64,000 nt of DNA from NCBI GenBank assembly GCA_963677485.1, contig OY781964.1, positions 2,496,001-2,560,000 of the forward strand, in the 5' to 3' direction. A program made the position numbers and the translations under genes. The stretch comes from Armatimonadota bacterium (GTDB taxonomy: Bacteria; Armatimonadota; HRBIN16). Within the stretch, counting starts at the first letter, position 1; the number at the start of each line of letters is the position of its first letter. The notes under the pieces were generated by a model. That model was given only the letters and a program-made list of their open reading frames with translations, was not told where the DNA came from and did not search any database. Positions 1 through 9,950 of the stretch are shown here, piece by piece.

Positions 1-2
1 AG

Positions 3-500
3 GGGATCGCGATCGGTGTGCCGACTTTCGTTGCTGTGGCGCTCTTGGCCATCACTTTGATTGCGGTGTTACACGGGCTATTTGGGGCCGCTGCCGTGAA
101 CAAACTTGTCGAAATAAGTGACAAGCTAAACGGTGCGAACCAGATCATGGGTGATTTGAAAACAAACAAAGAGCTGCTGGGATTTATCATCATGGCCTCG
201 GTGTTGGCACCGATTGGTGAGGAGTTCTTTTTCAGAGGCTGGTTATTCAACATGATCAAAATCCGAACCACCAAAATTGGATTGGCAATCTGGGGATCGG
301 CGGTGTTGTTTGCGCTCATTCATGTGGCCCCTTTATCGATTATGATGATCATACCGCTTGGCGCGTGGCTGGCATGGAGTTACCATATATCGGGAAGCAT
401 ATGGAAGAACATAGGCATTCACTCATCGTATAATTTGATGATGTGCATCATATACGTAGTAGCGAAGTCTTATGGCTTAGATATCGACAAGGTAATATAG
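3..500 (+). CDS. CPBP (CAAX protease-like) intramembrane glutamic endopeptidase, 5'-truncated by window
   Basis: Motifs EExxFRG (GEEFFFRG), FALIH and HSSYN; the frame stays open back to base 3. Confidence 0.9.
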   Translation, partial: GIAIGVPTFVAVALLAITLIAVLHGLFGAAAVNKLVEISDKLNGANQIMGDLKTNKELLGFIIMASVLAPIGEEFFFRGWLFNMIKIRTTKIGLAIWGSAVLFALIHVAPLSIMMIIPLGAWLAWSYHISGSIWKNIGIHSSYNLMMCIIYVVAKSYGLDIDKVI

Positions 501-501
501 C

Positions 502-1314
502 ATGGAAAAAAATAGAACTGGTATTATAGCGGCGTATGTGCTGCTTCTGATGTTTGGATTAGGTTTCATCGTCCGCTACAGCGGTTTGAGCCTAATTGGA
601 GTGAAGCAGACGCAAGTGGCCTTCTCAAAGATAATGGACCAATCGGGTGACAGCCAGGCGTTGTACGAAGAGGCACTTCGGCGTTTAGGCGATCGGGCTG
701 AGATTACGAAACAACAACAAGTATTGGGCATTCTCGCCAGTATGTCGGCATACCGTGCTGTCAGGCAGGTTGCCAGTCACCTGCTCAGTCAGCCCGATAT
801 TGCCAATGACAAAGTCAACCGCCGTATGCTTTTGTCGATGAGAGGGGCAGCCTCCCTGGAAACCGGTTATATGAAAGAGGGTCTGGCTGACTATGAGGCC
901 AACTGGAAGGCAAATTCTAGCGAAGCGAAAGCCAAAAACGACTTAGCTTATGCGCTGGTGCTGAACAAAGTGGACCTGGACCGTGCCGAGGGGTTGGCTG
1001 CGCAAGCCTACAACAGTGAGAACAACGCCAGTTTCGCAGACACTCTGGGATGGATAGCCATTTACCAGGGGAACTACAGCAAAGGGTTGCAGTTACTGCT
1101 GGATGCATCTGGCGATGTGCCGGATGCGTATGAAGTCAGATATCATGCCGGAGTGGCATACTGGGCCACGGGTGACTATGCCAAAGCTGCGACCGAATTG
1201 ACGATGGCGATCAAGCTTTACAAGACGAATCGCCGTGGTACGAACTCCGCCTATCAAGCGGTACTCGATCTAGTGAACGCCAAAACGCCTTTCAGGACGG
1301 AGCTGATTCCGTAG
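502..1314 (+). CDS. Membrane-anchored tetratricopeptide repeat protein
   Basis: N-terminal TM segment; TPR-type motifs NDLAYAL, DTLGWI, YHAGVAY. Confidence 0.85.
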   Translation: MEKNRTGIIAAYVLLLMFGLGFIVRYSGLSLIGVKQTQVAFSKIMDQSGDSQALYEEALRRLGDRAEITKQQQVLGILASMSAYRAVRQVASHLLSQPDIANDKVNRRMLLSMRGAASLETGYMKEGLADYEANWKANSSEAKAKNDLAYALVLNKVDLDRAEGLAAQAYNSENNASFADTLGWIAIYQGNYSKGLQLLLDASGDVPDAYEVRYHAGVAYWATGDYAKAATELTMAIKLYKTNRRGTNSAYQAVLDLVNAKTPFRTELIP

Positions 1315-1341
1315 TAAACCGCAACTTCTCCTCCGGATGGC

Positions 1342-1815
1342 CTCACGCGGAGAGCGCGAAGGGGAAGGACCATCCACAGATTACGCAGATTACGCAGATT
1401 ACGCAGATTGGCTGAACCGCGGATAGACGCAGATGAACGCGGATGGGACATCTCATGACCGGGGCGGTCATGCAGTAACCTGGCGGCACCAGAAAGCTCA
1501 AGACCGTGCGGGTCTTTTGTTTGAACCACGAATGAACACAGATAGACACGAATGGACGCAGATGAACGCGGGTGATCGAACCACAACGTATAAGCTATTG
1601 GCCAAACCGTAGTTAACGCCAGACACACAGTGCGTAGTCACATACCTCCGCGCCTTTGCTTCTTGGCGTCTTTGCGTTGAATCCCGATTCTACCATCCAT
1701 GTCATCCGATCCATCTGCGTTCATCTGCGTCTATCCGCGGTTAAGACAATCTGCGTAGTCTGTGTAATCTGTGGATGAATCCTCCCCCTCCGCGTCCTCC
1801 GCGTCTCTGCGTGAG
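1342..1815. repeat. Composite MITE-like element with ~105-bp imperfect terminal inverted repeats built from 9-10-bp periodic modules
   Basis: 1342-1447 (CTCACGC..CCACAGATTACGCAGAT..AACCGCGGATAGACGCAGATGAACGC) is the imperfect reverse complement of ~1705-1815; lies between convergent genes. Confidence 0.85.
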
Positions 1816-1847
1816 ACACACCCACAGGAGCCCACACCACCCCAACG

Positions 1848-3602
1848 CTATATCCGCTCCGGGGTGCCCTTGCGCAGCTTCAGCATGTTGCCCTTCATCG
1901 TCAGCTCTCGCGCGGGTGTGGCCGCCAACTCTACCGCGGCGGTGACGTCGCGCCGCTGGTCGCTCATCTCATTATCGGAAATAGTGATCGCCTTGCATCG
2001 TGCCAGCCGGATCAACGCGGCCCGTCGGATGGTAGGCTTCTGCAGCGCGGTGCGGATGGTGTTCTTGCGGATGGTCACTTTGGCGCAAGCCTGCAGCGAG
2101 ATCGCACAGCCGGGATAGTCTGTGAAGGAGTTGCCCTCAATCAAAATGTTGGTGGCATACGGCGTGGCTGTGGGCGCGTATTTGGAGTCGATCGAGCCAA
2201 TCTCAATGGCCCCGCTTTGTGGACTGCCGCTGTAGAATCGCCCTTTGCCTGTGCCGATGATCTTGTTGTTTCGGATCACCAGGTTGTTGGGGATGGGACC
2301 TTCAGGCCAACCTGGGTCGTTGTGGATGACGAGCGCTGTGCCGTTGGTGTCGTTGATCAGGCAGTTCTCAACGATGCCGTTGCAGCCCTTCAAGTTAGCC
2401 GCAAACCGACGGTGCCCCTTCATGCTGCAACCTGTGATTTTGTAGCCATTACCGCTGGCGGACAGGTTATATAACGTGTCGGCCTTTTGGTGGGTATCGC
2501 CGACCACCACTCCACTAATGGGTGTGTCGAGGGTAATGGTGAGCTGCCCAGGCTGCTGATCAAGCTTGGTGACTCGCCCCTGCCCACGCACCACGCCTTC
2601 TAGACCGCTGAACACTTGCACCAGGTCGCCCTGCTTCATGTTGCTCCAGCCCATTTTGAAGCGCAGTTGGTCAGGGGCGGGCTGCTCGGAAACTACATAC
2701 GCGGGGCAGTAGATGTTGATGGCGTCGTCCGCCATGCCCTCGAAGTGGCAGTTTCGGATGAGCGGGCCCACGCGGTTGCTCTGGCAGTGGATGCCATCGG
2801 AGCAGGTGGTCAGCAGACGGTTGGTGCCCGGGCGAATCTTCACGCGAAGGTTCTCTATCAACGTCTGGTCTTTCGCGCCGACCAATGCCACATTCAGGCT
2901 GCTATAGCTGTAGATTGTGATATTGCGGAACACCACTTTGCTGCTGTCGATGGCGTGCAGAACGCTCAATCCCAACCGGGCCAGCATCACATACAGGTCA
3001 CCGGGTACCACATTGTCCAGTACCCAACGCTGTTCAGGGGTGGTGTCCAGTTGCCAGTCTTGGCCGCCCAAGTGGGTGTATTTGATCACGGGGTAGTAAT
3101 CACCCGCGCTGCTCTTTGGGTTGCGCGTTTTGGGGTCCATCACCATGCCCCAGTTCTGGTAGGGTGGTTTGGCCTCAGCATACCACGGCTTGTTGAAATC
3201 CGGGTAACCCTCATCCAGCCGCAGGTGCATGTTGCCTTCTTTGGCGTTGACCTTGATGATCACGCCCTGGCTGAAGGGCAGGGGGTCGCAGTCGAAGATG
3301 AGGTCTTTCACGGTGATGTTCTGGCAGTTCTGCAGCAGAATGCCCCAGTCACGCGGGTCGGTGAAGATCAGCTCCGACTTGCCAGGCACACCCTGCAGGG
3401 TGATTTCTTTCATGCCGTTCATCGTGAGGGTGTTTTGGTGGTTGGAACTGGGCTCGCAGTTCAACAGATACCGGCCGGCCGGTACCTGGATAATGGCGGG
3501 CTTGCCTAGCTGCTTGGCTTTGGCCGCCGCGGCGCGCAGTGCGGGGCCTGCATCTTCGTTTGGCTTCGCGCCGAAGTCCGTGATATTTAAAATTGTGGGC
3601 AT
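1848..3602 (-). CDS. Right-handed parallel beta-helix glycoside hydrolase (GH110 alpha-galactosidase-like)
   Basis: N-terminal ITDFGAKP; motif DGIHC...FEGMADDAINI; PbH1-type repeats. Confidence 0.75.
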   Translation of the reverse strand: MPTILNITDFGAKPNEDAGPALRAAAAKAKQLGKPAIIQVPAGRYLLNCEPSSNHQNTLTMNGMKEITLQGVPGKSELIFTDPRDWGILLQNCQNITVKDLIFDCDPLPFSQGVIIKVNAKEGNMHLRLDEGYPDFNKPWYAEAKPPYQNWGMVMDPKTRNPKSSAGDYYPVIKYTHLGGQDWQLDTTPEQRWVLDNVVPGDLYVMLARLGLSVLHAIDSSKVVFRNITIYSYSSLNVALVGAKDQTLIENLRVKIRPGTNRLLTTCSDGIHCQSNRVGPLIRNCHFEGMADDAINIYCPAYVVSEQPAPDQLRFKMGWSNMKQGDLVQVFSGLEGVVRGQGRVTKLDQQPGQLTITLDTPISGVVVGDTHQKADTLYNLSASGNGYKITGCSMKGHRRFAANLKGCNGIVENCLINDTNGTALVIHNDPGWPEGPIPNNLVIRNNKIIGTGKGRFYSGSPQSGAIEIGSIDSKYAPTATPYATNILIEGNSFTDYPGCAISLQACAKVTIRKNTIRTALQKPTIRRAALIRLARCKAITISDNEMSDQRRDVTAAVELAATPARELTMKGNMLKLRKGTPERI

Positions 3603-3691
3603 GGCACCGTCCTTTGGGTGGGTTATGATTACCTGTATGATAGCAGAACGGCGGGGCCAGGGGAAGGTGCTTCGCGTGTATCTATTGGTTT

Positions 3692-4122
3692 CGCAGATGA
3701 CGCAGGGGGTTGGTTAACCACGAATGGACACGAATGGGATCCAACGCAAAGGCGCAAGGATGCAAGGACGCAAAGGGGGTGAATTCCCTGGGACGTCAAT
3801 CACCTGATTGGCATCTTCCATCCCATCCTCCCCATCCGTGTCATCCGTGTAATCCGTGGTTCAGACAATAGACGTTCATCCGCAGTATATGCCAGTGAAC
3901 CACGCGGTCATACTCGCTCTGCGTCTTTGCCCCTTTGCGTCTTTGCGTTGGTTCCCATCCTCCCCATCCGTGTCATCCGTGTAATCCGTGGTTCAGACAA
4001 TAGACGTTCATCCGCCGTATATGCCAATGAACCGCGCGGTCACACTCGCTCTGCGTCTTTGCCCCTTTGCGTCTTTGCGTTGGTTCCCATCCCTCTCCGC
4101 GCCCTCCGCGTCTCCGCGTGAG
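3692..4122. repeat. Composite periodic repeat cluster containing a 2 x 132-bp tandem duplication (3821-4092)
   Basis: TCCCATCC recurs at 3821, 3953 and 4085 with near-identical sequence between; modules CACGAAT, CGCAAAG, ATCCGTGT, CGCGTGAG. Confidence 0.9.
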
Positions 4123-4142
4123 TCAATCCCCTCTGCGTCGGA

Positions 4143-4547
4143 TCACTCGCAATACATCCGCACACCGTCACCGCCATCTACCATGTTGATCGTCATCTCG
4201 CCCAGACCATCGATCAGCTCCTCAATGTTCTCGGGGTTGATGTTGTTCAGGTCGAAATGCATGTTCTGCTCACCCATCTTCTTCAGCACTTCAGGGGGCA
4301 TCATCGCACCCAGTTTCACACCGGCGCGGATGAGTTTCAGCGGGATACGCATCTCCATTTTGATCTGGCCGCCTTCGATGATATTCATGATCAGCCATTG
4401 CGGTTTTGGTTTCGTCACCACAAGGGCGGGTGTGGGCTCGATGGGCTTTTCGGCCTCTTTCAGTGCGTCCAGTAGTTTCGCGGCCTCGTCCACGGTGATC
4501 TTTCCTTCGGCCAGCATGTCCAGTATCTTCTTACTTTGTTCTTGCAT
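4143..4547 (-). CDS. SHOCT-like/YvlB-type N-terminal domain protein
   Basis: N-terminal KKILDMLAEGKITVDEAAKLLDAL; same operon as a DUF2089 gene. Confidence 0.75.
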   Translation of the reverse strand: MQEQSKKILDMLAEGKITVDEAAKLLDALKEAEKPIEPTPALVVTKPKPQWLIMNIIEGGQIKMEMRIPLKLIRAGVKLGAMMPPEVLKKMGEQNMHFDLNNINPENIEELIDGLGEMTINMVDGGDGVRMYCE

Positions 4548-4563
4548 TATGCGCCTCCTGCGG

Positions 4564-4839
4564 CTAAATGATGGTGATTGAAAACTGCTTGTTGTTTTCG
4601 CGAAGGGTAAAATGCACCCCGCGCAGTTGCGATGGCAGCATAAACATGCGGAGAGCCACCTCAGTACCCCGCATTAGCCCCTCCGAATGGCATTGGTAGC
4701 CCACATAAAAACTCGATATCGCCGAGATGAGCAGGTGCACCGGTATGAGTAACGGCCAGAGAATGATGATCGGCAGCGGCAGATAATACCGTGACTGCGG
4801 GTTCTGCACATTCACGATCAACAAAATGGGCGGGATCAC
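4564..4839 (-). CDS. Small membrane protein
   Basis: Hydrophobic LPLPIIILWPLLIP; 4-bp overlap with the upstream gene. Confidence 0.65.
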   Translation of the reverse strand: MIPPILLIVNVQNPQSRYYLPLPIIILWPLLIPVHLLISAISSFYVGYQCHSEGLMRGTEVALRMFMLPSQLRGVHFTLRENNKQFSITII

Positions 4840-5219
4840 TGCTTCAATCTCCGCAAAGCCTCTTCTGCGTTGATCTCGCCACGGCTGAGGGCGTCCAGCA
4901 CCTCGTCGCTATTCGGTTCTATCAGTGGCGGCGTGCTGACCTGCGGGGCGAGTGCCGCCAGTTGCTCCCCAATGGCGTTCAGCCGGTTCTTCACGGTGGG
5001 GTAGCTGATGCCGAACAGCTTTTCCATCTCCTTGATGCTGCCATGGCAGCGCACGAAGGCGGCGATGAACACCTGCTCGCTTTCGGTCAGAGTGGATAGA
5101 AGGGGCAGCTCCCAATGGCCTTCGATGGCCACACCCTCATCTGGAAGCGTGACCCTGCTGACGGTCATTCGGCGGTTGCCTGTCAAACTCAGTAATGCGT
5201 GCCATTCCATAGTGGTCAC
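4836..5219 (-). CDS. DUF2089 family HTH protein
   Basis: GSIKEMEKLFGISYPTVKNRL followed by a C-terminal SHOCT-like LSRGEINAEEAL. Confidence 0.9.
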   Translation of the reverse strand: MTTMEWHALLSLTGNRRMTVSRVTLPDEGVAIEGHWELPLLSTLTESEQVFIAAFVRCHGSIKEMEKLFGISYPTVKNRLNAIGEQLAALAPQVSTPPLIEPNSDEVLDALSRGEINAEEALRRLKQ

Positions 5220-5486
5220 CTCCTTACGTATTAATAATACCTGCTGATATGATGATAATCAAGTAATTATGGTGTATTTATTGAAAATATTAATAAATTA
5301 GTAAAAATATGTAGTGATAATTAGCATTATGTGCTCATCAACTCATCTCAACCGCCCGAAATGTGGCCTCTACGTTTCTGGTATTTAATGTTCATCGCGT
5401 GATCGATTTAGCACAACCCGATAATAACGTGTAGAATTAACAATAGAGTGTGTTCTTGATATGCCAAAACGTGAGGGTATTTCGCC
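5220..5486. promoter_or_regulatory. Very AT-rich divergent promoter region
   Basis: Abrupt AT-rich stretch (~5228-5330) with repeated ATTAATAA/GATAAT words between divergently transcribed genes. Confidence 0.5.
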
Positions 5487-6602
5487 GTGAATGGACAGTA
5501 CCAGCCGATCTGCCAGCTTATAGCGAACCGGATTTTGTTAGATATCATCAAGCATGACGCTCTACAATTGGGGGAGCGTCTGCCCACGATCGCAACCCTG
5601 GTGAAGCGCTACTCTGTCTCCACCACCACCATAAGTGCCGCACTGGCCCAACTGCAGCAGGATGGCTGGATACGGGTCATTTCCGGCAGCGGCAGTTTCG
5701 TAGAGCGTGTCTATATGCAGCACGTGGTCCGCGGGAACCGCTGCCTGGGGTTGATCGTGCCGATTGTAGATAAGGAATTGACGCTGCGTTTGTTTCAAGG
5801 AGTGGAAGCCGAAGCGAACCGGAACGGCTGGCAACTCTCGCTGGCCGAATCTCACCAGAGTTATGAGCAGGAGAGGGTTGAGTTGCAGCGGATGTTCGAT
5901 TCGGGCTGCGAGGCCGTCGTCATTTCAGCCGTCCCCCGCACATATGAGCAGATCGAGTATGACTATATGGCGCGCGAGTTTACAGACCGCGCCATAGTGA
6001 TGGTCGACTGTGCCACGGTCAGTCAAAGGCGTCCGCAGGTCGTGTTTGACAACTATGGTCTGGGGTTTGATATGGCCACACTGCTCATCAAAAATGGCCG
6101 CGACCGGATCGCGTTCATGGTGAGCGATGATCTATTCACGAAATACAGCAACCCCGTCGTACTCCGCAGGATGGCAGGAGTGCAAGATGCTGTGAAGTAT
6201 GCAGGCCTGTCCGATGACCACCTGACGGTATGCCAGACGCACTACATGTTTGAGAATGATGGTCCCAGTGTTGAAGACTACTTCTTGAAGTGGAAGCACG
6301 ATGTGAATCGTGCTAATGCTATCATCACGCTGAATGATCAGCCAGCGATGAATGTGGTCTCAGTGGCCCTGCAGATGGGTATTGATATACCCAATGATCT
6401 GGTGGTATTTGGCCACGATAACTTGATGGTAGCCCGCAATTTCACCCCTCAATTTAGTACCAGTAACCCAGATTTCCCGTTGCTGGGGGCAACGGCTGCA
6501 CGCCATGCCATGGGTCGTGCGACAGGCGCAGTCAATCATCCCAACATCGTGATGATCCCGGTGGGTATCGTGACAAGGGGGAGCATACTCAATGTGGGGT
6601 AA
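5487..6602 (+). CDS. GntR-HTH/LacI-type sensor transcriptional regulator (AraR-like)
   Basis: GERLPT..YSVSTTTI..GSGSFV HTH followed by a periplasmic-binding-protein-like domain (DN, VFGHDN). Confidence 0.9.
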   Translation: MNGQYQPICQLIANRILLDIIKHDALQLGERLPTIATLVKRYSVSTTTISAALAQLQQDGWIRVISGSGSFVERVYMQHVVRGNRCLGLIVPIVDKELTLRLFQGVEAEANRNGWQLSLAESHQSYEQERVELQRMFDSGCEAVVISAVPRTYEQIEYDYMAREFTDRAIVMVDCATVSQRRPQVVFDNYGLGFDMATLLIKNGRDRIAFMVSDDLFTKYSNPVVLRRMAGVQDAVKYAGLSDDHLTVCQTHYMFENDGPSVEDYFLKWKHDVNRANAIITLNDQPAMNVVSVALQMGIDIPNDLVVFGHDNLMVARNFTPQFSTSNPDFPLLGATAARHAMGRATGAVNHPNIVMIPVGIVTRGSILNVG

Positions 6603-7674
6603 TACACCTGAGAAGCTGGCTCATGCGGTATGGGCTCGATTTGTCGTGGGCGCACAGGATTTCGAGTGTGATGTGCTGCCACCCTTTGCGCATCTGCAGC
6701 GGTTGTTCGATTGCTCAAGGCGCGCTCTTGTGGGGGCCGTATCTTATCTGGAACAAAAAGGTATCGTCTCAAAAGACATCAAGCGTAAGGCATGGCACAT
6801 ACACCGTGATGTGACCTTGCCTTTGACCAAACGACGGCTGGGCGTGGTCATACCGATATTTGAACATGACGTGATCAAGAACTTGCAGGATGGTTTGCAG
6901 TCAACGGCTGAGCAACTTGGTGCCGTTCTAGTGCTCATGAAACATGAGTTAAGCCTGGCGGGTGAGAGAGAATGTATAGAGACTTTGATCAAGGCTGGCT
7001 GCTGCAGCCTGGTCGTCTATCCTTGTAATCGCACCTCCAGGCAAAAGACAAATGACTACCTGCTAACTGAGCGATATGGCATTCCCATAGTGATGGCTGA
7101 TTACGACTATTCTGAGCATGGATATCCCACAGTAGGCATCGACAACTACCAGTTAGGATTTGATGTGACGCAAACACTCATACAGATGGGGCATCAGCGG
7201 ATCGCATTTATGAGTTTTCCGCTCACCCCGGATAGTGCCCCAAATGGTGCCGTTCCGCCGCGGTACCGGGGGTACCGTAATGCGATGGCGAATGCGGGGT
7301 TGTCAGTGTTGCCCGAGGATCTATTGGTGGTCGGCAACACATCACTTGAGAATCTGATCGACCCGATGGCCGACTACCTGGAGAGGTGGAACCTAAACGG
7401 ATCTGGGCCCACTGCGATGATTGCATTGGATGACTTCTCTGCCCAGCAAATGCTCCAGATCGGTGAGGATCATGGGATTGAGCTAAAAGGCCGCTTAGCT
7501 TTAGCCGGATTTGACAACCTGGTAGGGATGCAGGATGCCCCGATAGCACTCAGCACCCATAGCGACTTCTACACTTTGGGCCGAATCGCCGCCAGGATTG
7601 CCTTATACGGAATACAGAGCGGTCACTATCGAATCCCAGCCAATGTGATCATCCGGCAAGACAGCAGCAGTTAG
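6592..7674 (+). CDS. Second GntR/LacI-type regulator with degenerate HTH
   Basis: LPPFAHLQRLFDCSRR HTH; DNYQLG, GHQRIAF, AGFDN motifs; overlaps the upstream paralog. Confidence 0.85.
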   Translation: MWGNTPEKLAHAVWARFVVGAQDFECDVLPPFAHLQRLFDCSRRALVGAVSYLEQKGIVSKDIKRKAWHIHRDVTLPLTKRRLGVVIPIFEHDVIKNLQDGLQSTAEQLGAVLVLMKHELSLAGERECIETLIKAGCCSLVVYPCNRTSRQKTNDYLLTERYGIPIVMADYDYSEHGYPTVGIDNYQLGFDVTQTLIQMGHQRIAFMSFPLTPDSAPNGAVPPRYRGYRNAMANAGLSVLPEDLLVVGNTSLENLIDPMADYLERWNLNGSGPTAMIALDDFSAQQMLQIGEDHGIELKGRLALAGFDNLVGMQDAPIALSTHSDFYTLGRIAARIALYGIQSGHYRIPANVIIRQDSSS

Positions 7675-7749
7675 GATTGGGCAGAAGGCAGGAGATAAGA
7701 GATAGCACCGTCGCATGAGCTCATGGCAGCCCGTACTGTATTTGATACG

Positions 7750-7838
7750 GTCGTAGGGGCGTCCCTTGTGGGCGCCCTAAAAACAAGAACTATAGAATGA
7801 ACAACGATTAGGGCGCCCACAAGAGACGCCCCTACGAC
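7750..7838. repeat. GTAG-type REP doublet (REPIN)
   Basis: GTCGTAGGGGCGTCCCTTGTGGGCGCCCT ... AGGGCGCCCACAAGAGACGCCCCTACGAC inverted pair; related copy at 51384. Confidence 0.9.
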
Positions 7839-7897
7839 TAGTCTTACTTGTCACATCGTCTCATGAGTTTCCATTCCCATATATAGGAGCGTGACGT

Positions 7898-9925
7898 ATG
7901 GCGCATATCACCGTGTTCATCGACGAAAGCGGCAATTTCTTGGAGAAGGAAGAGTGGCTGGTCGCTGGGGTGGCCATCCCGGTCAGGTATAACGACGTTA
8001 GCACCAAACTGCTGGAGAGCAGTATGAGAGGCTTCCCAAAAAGTGTGGGCTTGACCGATCGTTCTGAATGCCACCTTTCGGTGCTGCGGCAGAGGTATAC
8101 CGCCAGTGGGTTACCGCGTGAGCAGACTCCTGAGCAGATCGCTGAGGTGCTTTTGAATCGGTTCGCTCAACACATCCCCAAGTATGTGGTGGCGATGGGA
8201 CGCTCAGGTGGACAGAACGCACGTGAAGAGACGTACAGGCTGCTGCTGCAGGACGTGCTCTGGCTCACCCAATCGGTGTTATACCGTGAGACCGACATAG
8301 AAACCATGGATGTGGTGGTCTCCAGCCGCACCATCGATGGCTGCCTGGCCACCGATGAGCTGGACATCGAGCGTGATGTGCTTCAACCGCTTCACACCGC
8401 CGTACAGCACGGGCTGGTGTCGCTGGGAATGTATGACCTACTGCACCATAAGCGGATACGGCTGTACCTCGTCCAAGCCAACGACTGCTGGGGCACGGTA
8501 GTTGCCGACTTCGTGGCTAACCTGGTTCATAACCGCGGGTATGAGGAGTGCCAGCGGTTGATCGACCGCTACGACGTAGAGCTGTTTGAGTCACTGAACA
8601 GCATGGAAGAACGCCGCGCTTTGGTGGCCGAATCCGATTCGGATATCGGCTCCGCGCTCTACCTGTGGTCGCTGGCGGAATCCAGCCAGCATAGCAGCCA
8701 TACACGAGTGCAGGCAGGTTTTCAACGTCTGGCCGTGCAGATAGTCAACAGCCGTCACGCTCTGGCCCCTTTGTATATCGTGGATGGGCTGATCGAACGT
8801 CTGCATCGGTGCCGGCTTCCGGATGGCGATTCGGGAAGGCTGCGGGCCCTGCAGACCCTCTGCACGAATCTGGAGGAACTCTACCAGCAGAAGGGCTCAG
8901 CGGTTCGGAGCACGGCTCTGGCGTTATACCGCCTCAGGGCCTACATGTCATTGCTGTGCGCCAGGTTAGGCCAAAGCAGCAAGGGGGAGCAGTTACAGTC
9001 CAGGCAGCCGGAGGTGGAGCCTGTCGCTTTGGCGGAACCATCATCACTGGAGTTGCTGTTCACCAATGTCAGCGCACAGGTGGAACTGAAGCTGACCATG
9101 CTGGACTATGAGAATGCGCTTTCTGATGCGCACCGGGCCATGCGGCTGGCGCGGAACCTGCAGGGGCACTGGGAAGGCTGGATGGCAGACATGCGCCGCG
9201 AGGGTGTGATGCCGGACACCAACCTGACGGGCACCATCATCGCCCGTGCTCAGGGGCAGCTTCACCGCGTGCAGGTGTATCACTTAACCCCAGATGAGAA
9301 GGAGAGCCTGCTAGGAGTGGCTCAGGAGATAAGAACATCTGGAGATATCCGCGACCGCGAACGTCAGGTGCTTGTCCATGCGCTGTTGAAGGCCGGGCAG
9401 GCACAACAGGCAGTTCCGCTACAGGTGATGAAGATCGCAAGCGGCAACCACACTCTTTGGGATATCTACTGGCTGCTGCGGGCGATCAACGACAGTGCCT
9501 TGATGGCTCCTGAGAGTCGGCCTTGTGCGGAGTTGATTGTGCAATATGTCATCCCCGCACTGCAGCAAGTTGACCCTGATGGCATCATCATGTCACTGGT
9601 ATTCCGTGAAGCCTGGCTGCTCTGCCAGCTCTACCCAGAATGCGGTCTGCGGGCGTTTGACGGACTTCAGCAGGGGGCAGCCCAGCAGGATGGGCACAGT
9701 GCAGAGCGTCTGATACGGCAGGTCAGTTATGATGTCTTTCCCCAATGGCTGCACGGCCAGCAACTCCCTCTGCAGCACTACCTGTTCAACATGCACGATT
9801 ATCCGCCAGAATCATTGCAACAGGCGATGGCTTATATGACGCGAGCGCAGGAATCTATCGATAAAATGAAACTGGAAGAGCCGTATCACAGGCTGTTGGC
9901 ATTTCGGCAATGGCTTCCGTGGTAA
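7898..9925 (+). CDS. DUF3800-like (RNase H fold) domain fused to a TPR-like helical region
   Basis: N-terminal VFIDESG, later ADFVAN; the remainder looks alpha-helical and TPR-like. Confidence 0.65.
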   Translation: MAHITVFIDESGNFLEKEEWLVAGVAIPVRYNDVSTKLLESSMRGFPKSVGLTDRSECHLSVLRQRYTASGLPREQTPEQIAEVLLNRFAQHIPKYVVAMGRSGGQNAREETYRLLLQDVLWLTQSVLYRETDIETMDVVVSSRTIDGCLATDELDIERDVLQPLHTAVQHGLVSLGMYDLLHHKRIRLYLVQANDCWGTVVADFVANLVHNRGYEECQRLIDRYDVELFESLNSMEERRALVAESDSDIGSALYLWSLAESSQHSSHTRVQAGFQRLAVQIVNSRHALAPLYIVDGLIERLHRCRLPDGDSGRLRALQTLCTNLEELYQQKGSAVRSTALALYRLRAYMSLLCARLGQSSKGEQLQSRQPEVEPVALAEPSSLELLFTNVSAQVELKLTMLDYENALSDAHRAMRLARNLQGHWEGWMADMRREGVMPDTNLTGTIIARAQGQLHRVQVYHLTPDEKESLLGVAQEIRTSGDIRDRERQVLVHALLKAGQAQQAVPLQVMKIASGNHTLWDIYWLLRAINDSALMAPESRPCAELIVQYVIPALQQVDPDGIIMSLVFREAWLLCQLYPECGLRAFDGLQQGAAQQDGHSAERLIRQVSYDVFPQWLHGQQLPLQHYLFNMHDYPPESLQQAMAYMTRAQESIDKMKLEEPYHRLLAFRQWLPW

Positions 9926-9950
9926 CCAACTTGTTTTTTGAGGTGTATGG

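Noticed and set aside
1254-1628. ORFs reading NLRNLRNL, ICVICVICG or IRVIRVIRG (also at 13698-14436, 35316-35919, 38779-39141, 58007-58818)
   Set aside because: These are translations of the non-coding periodic repeats.
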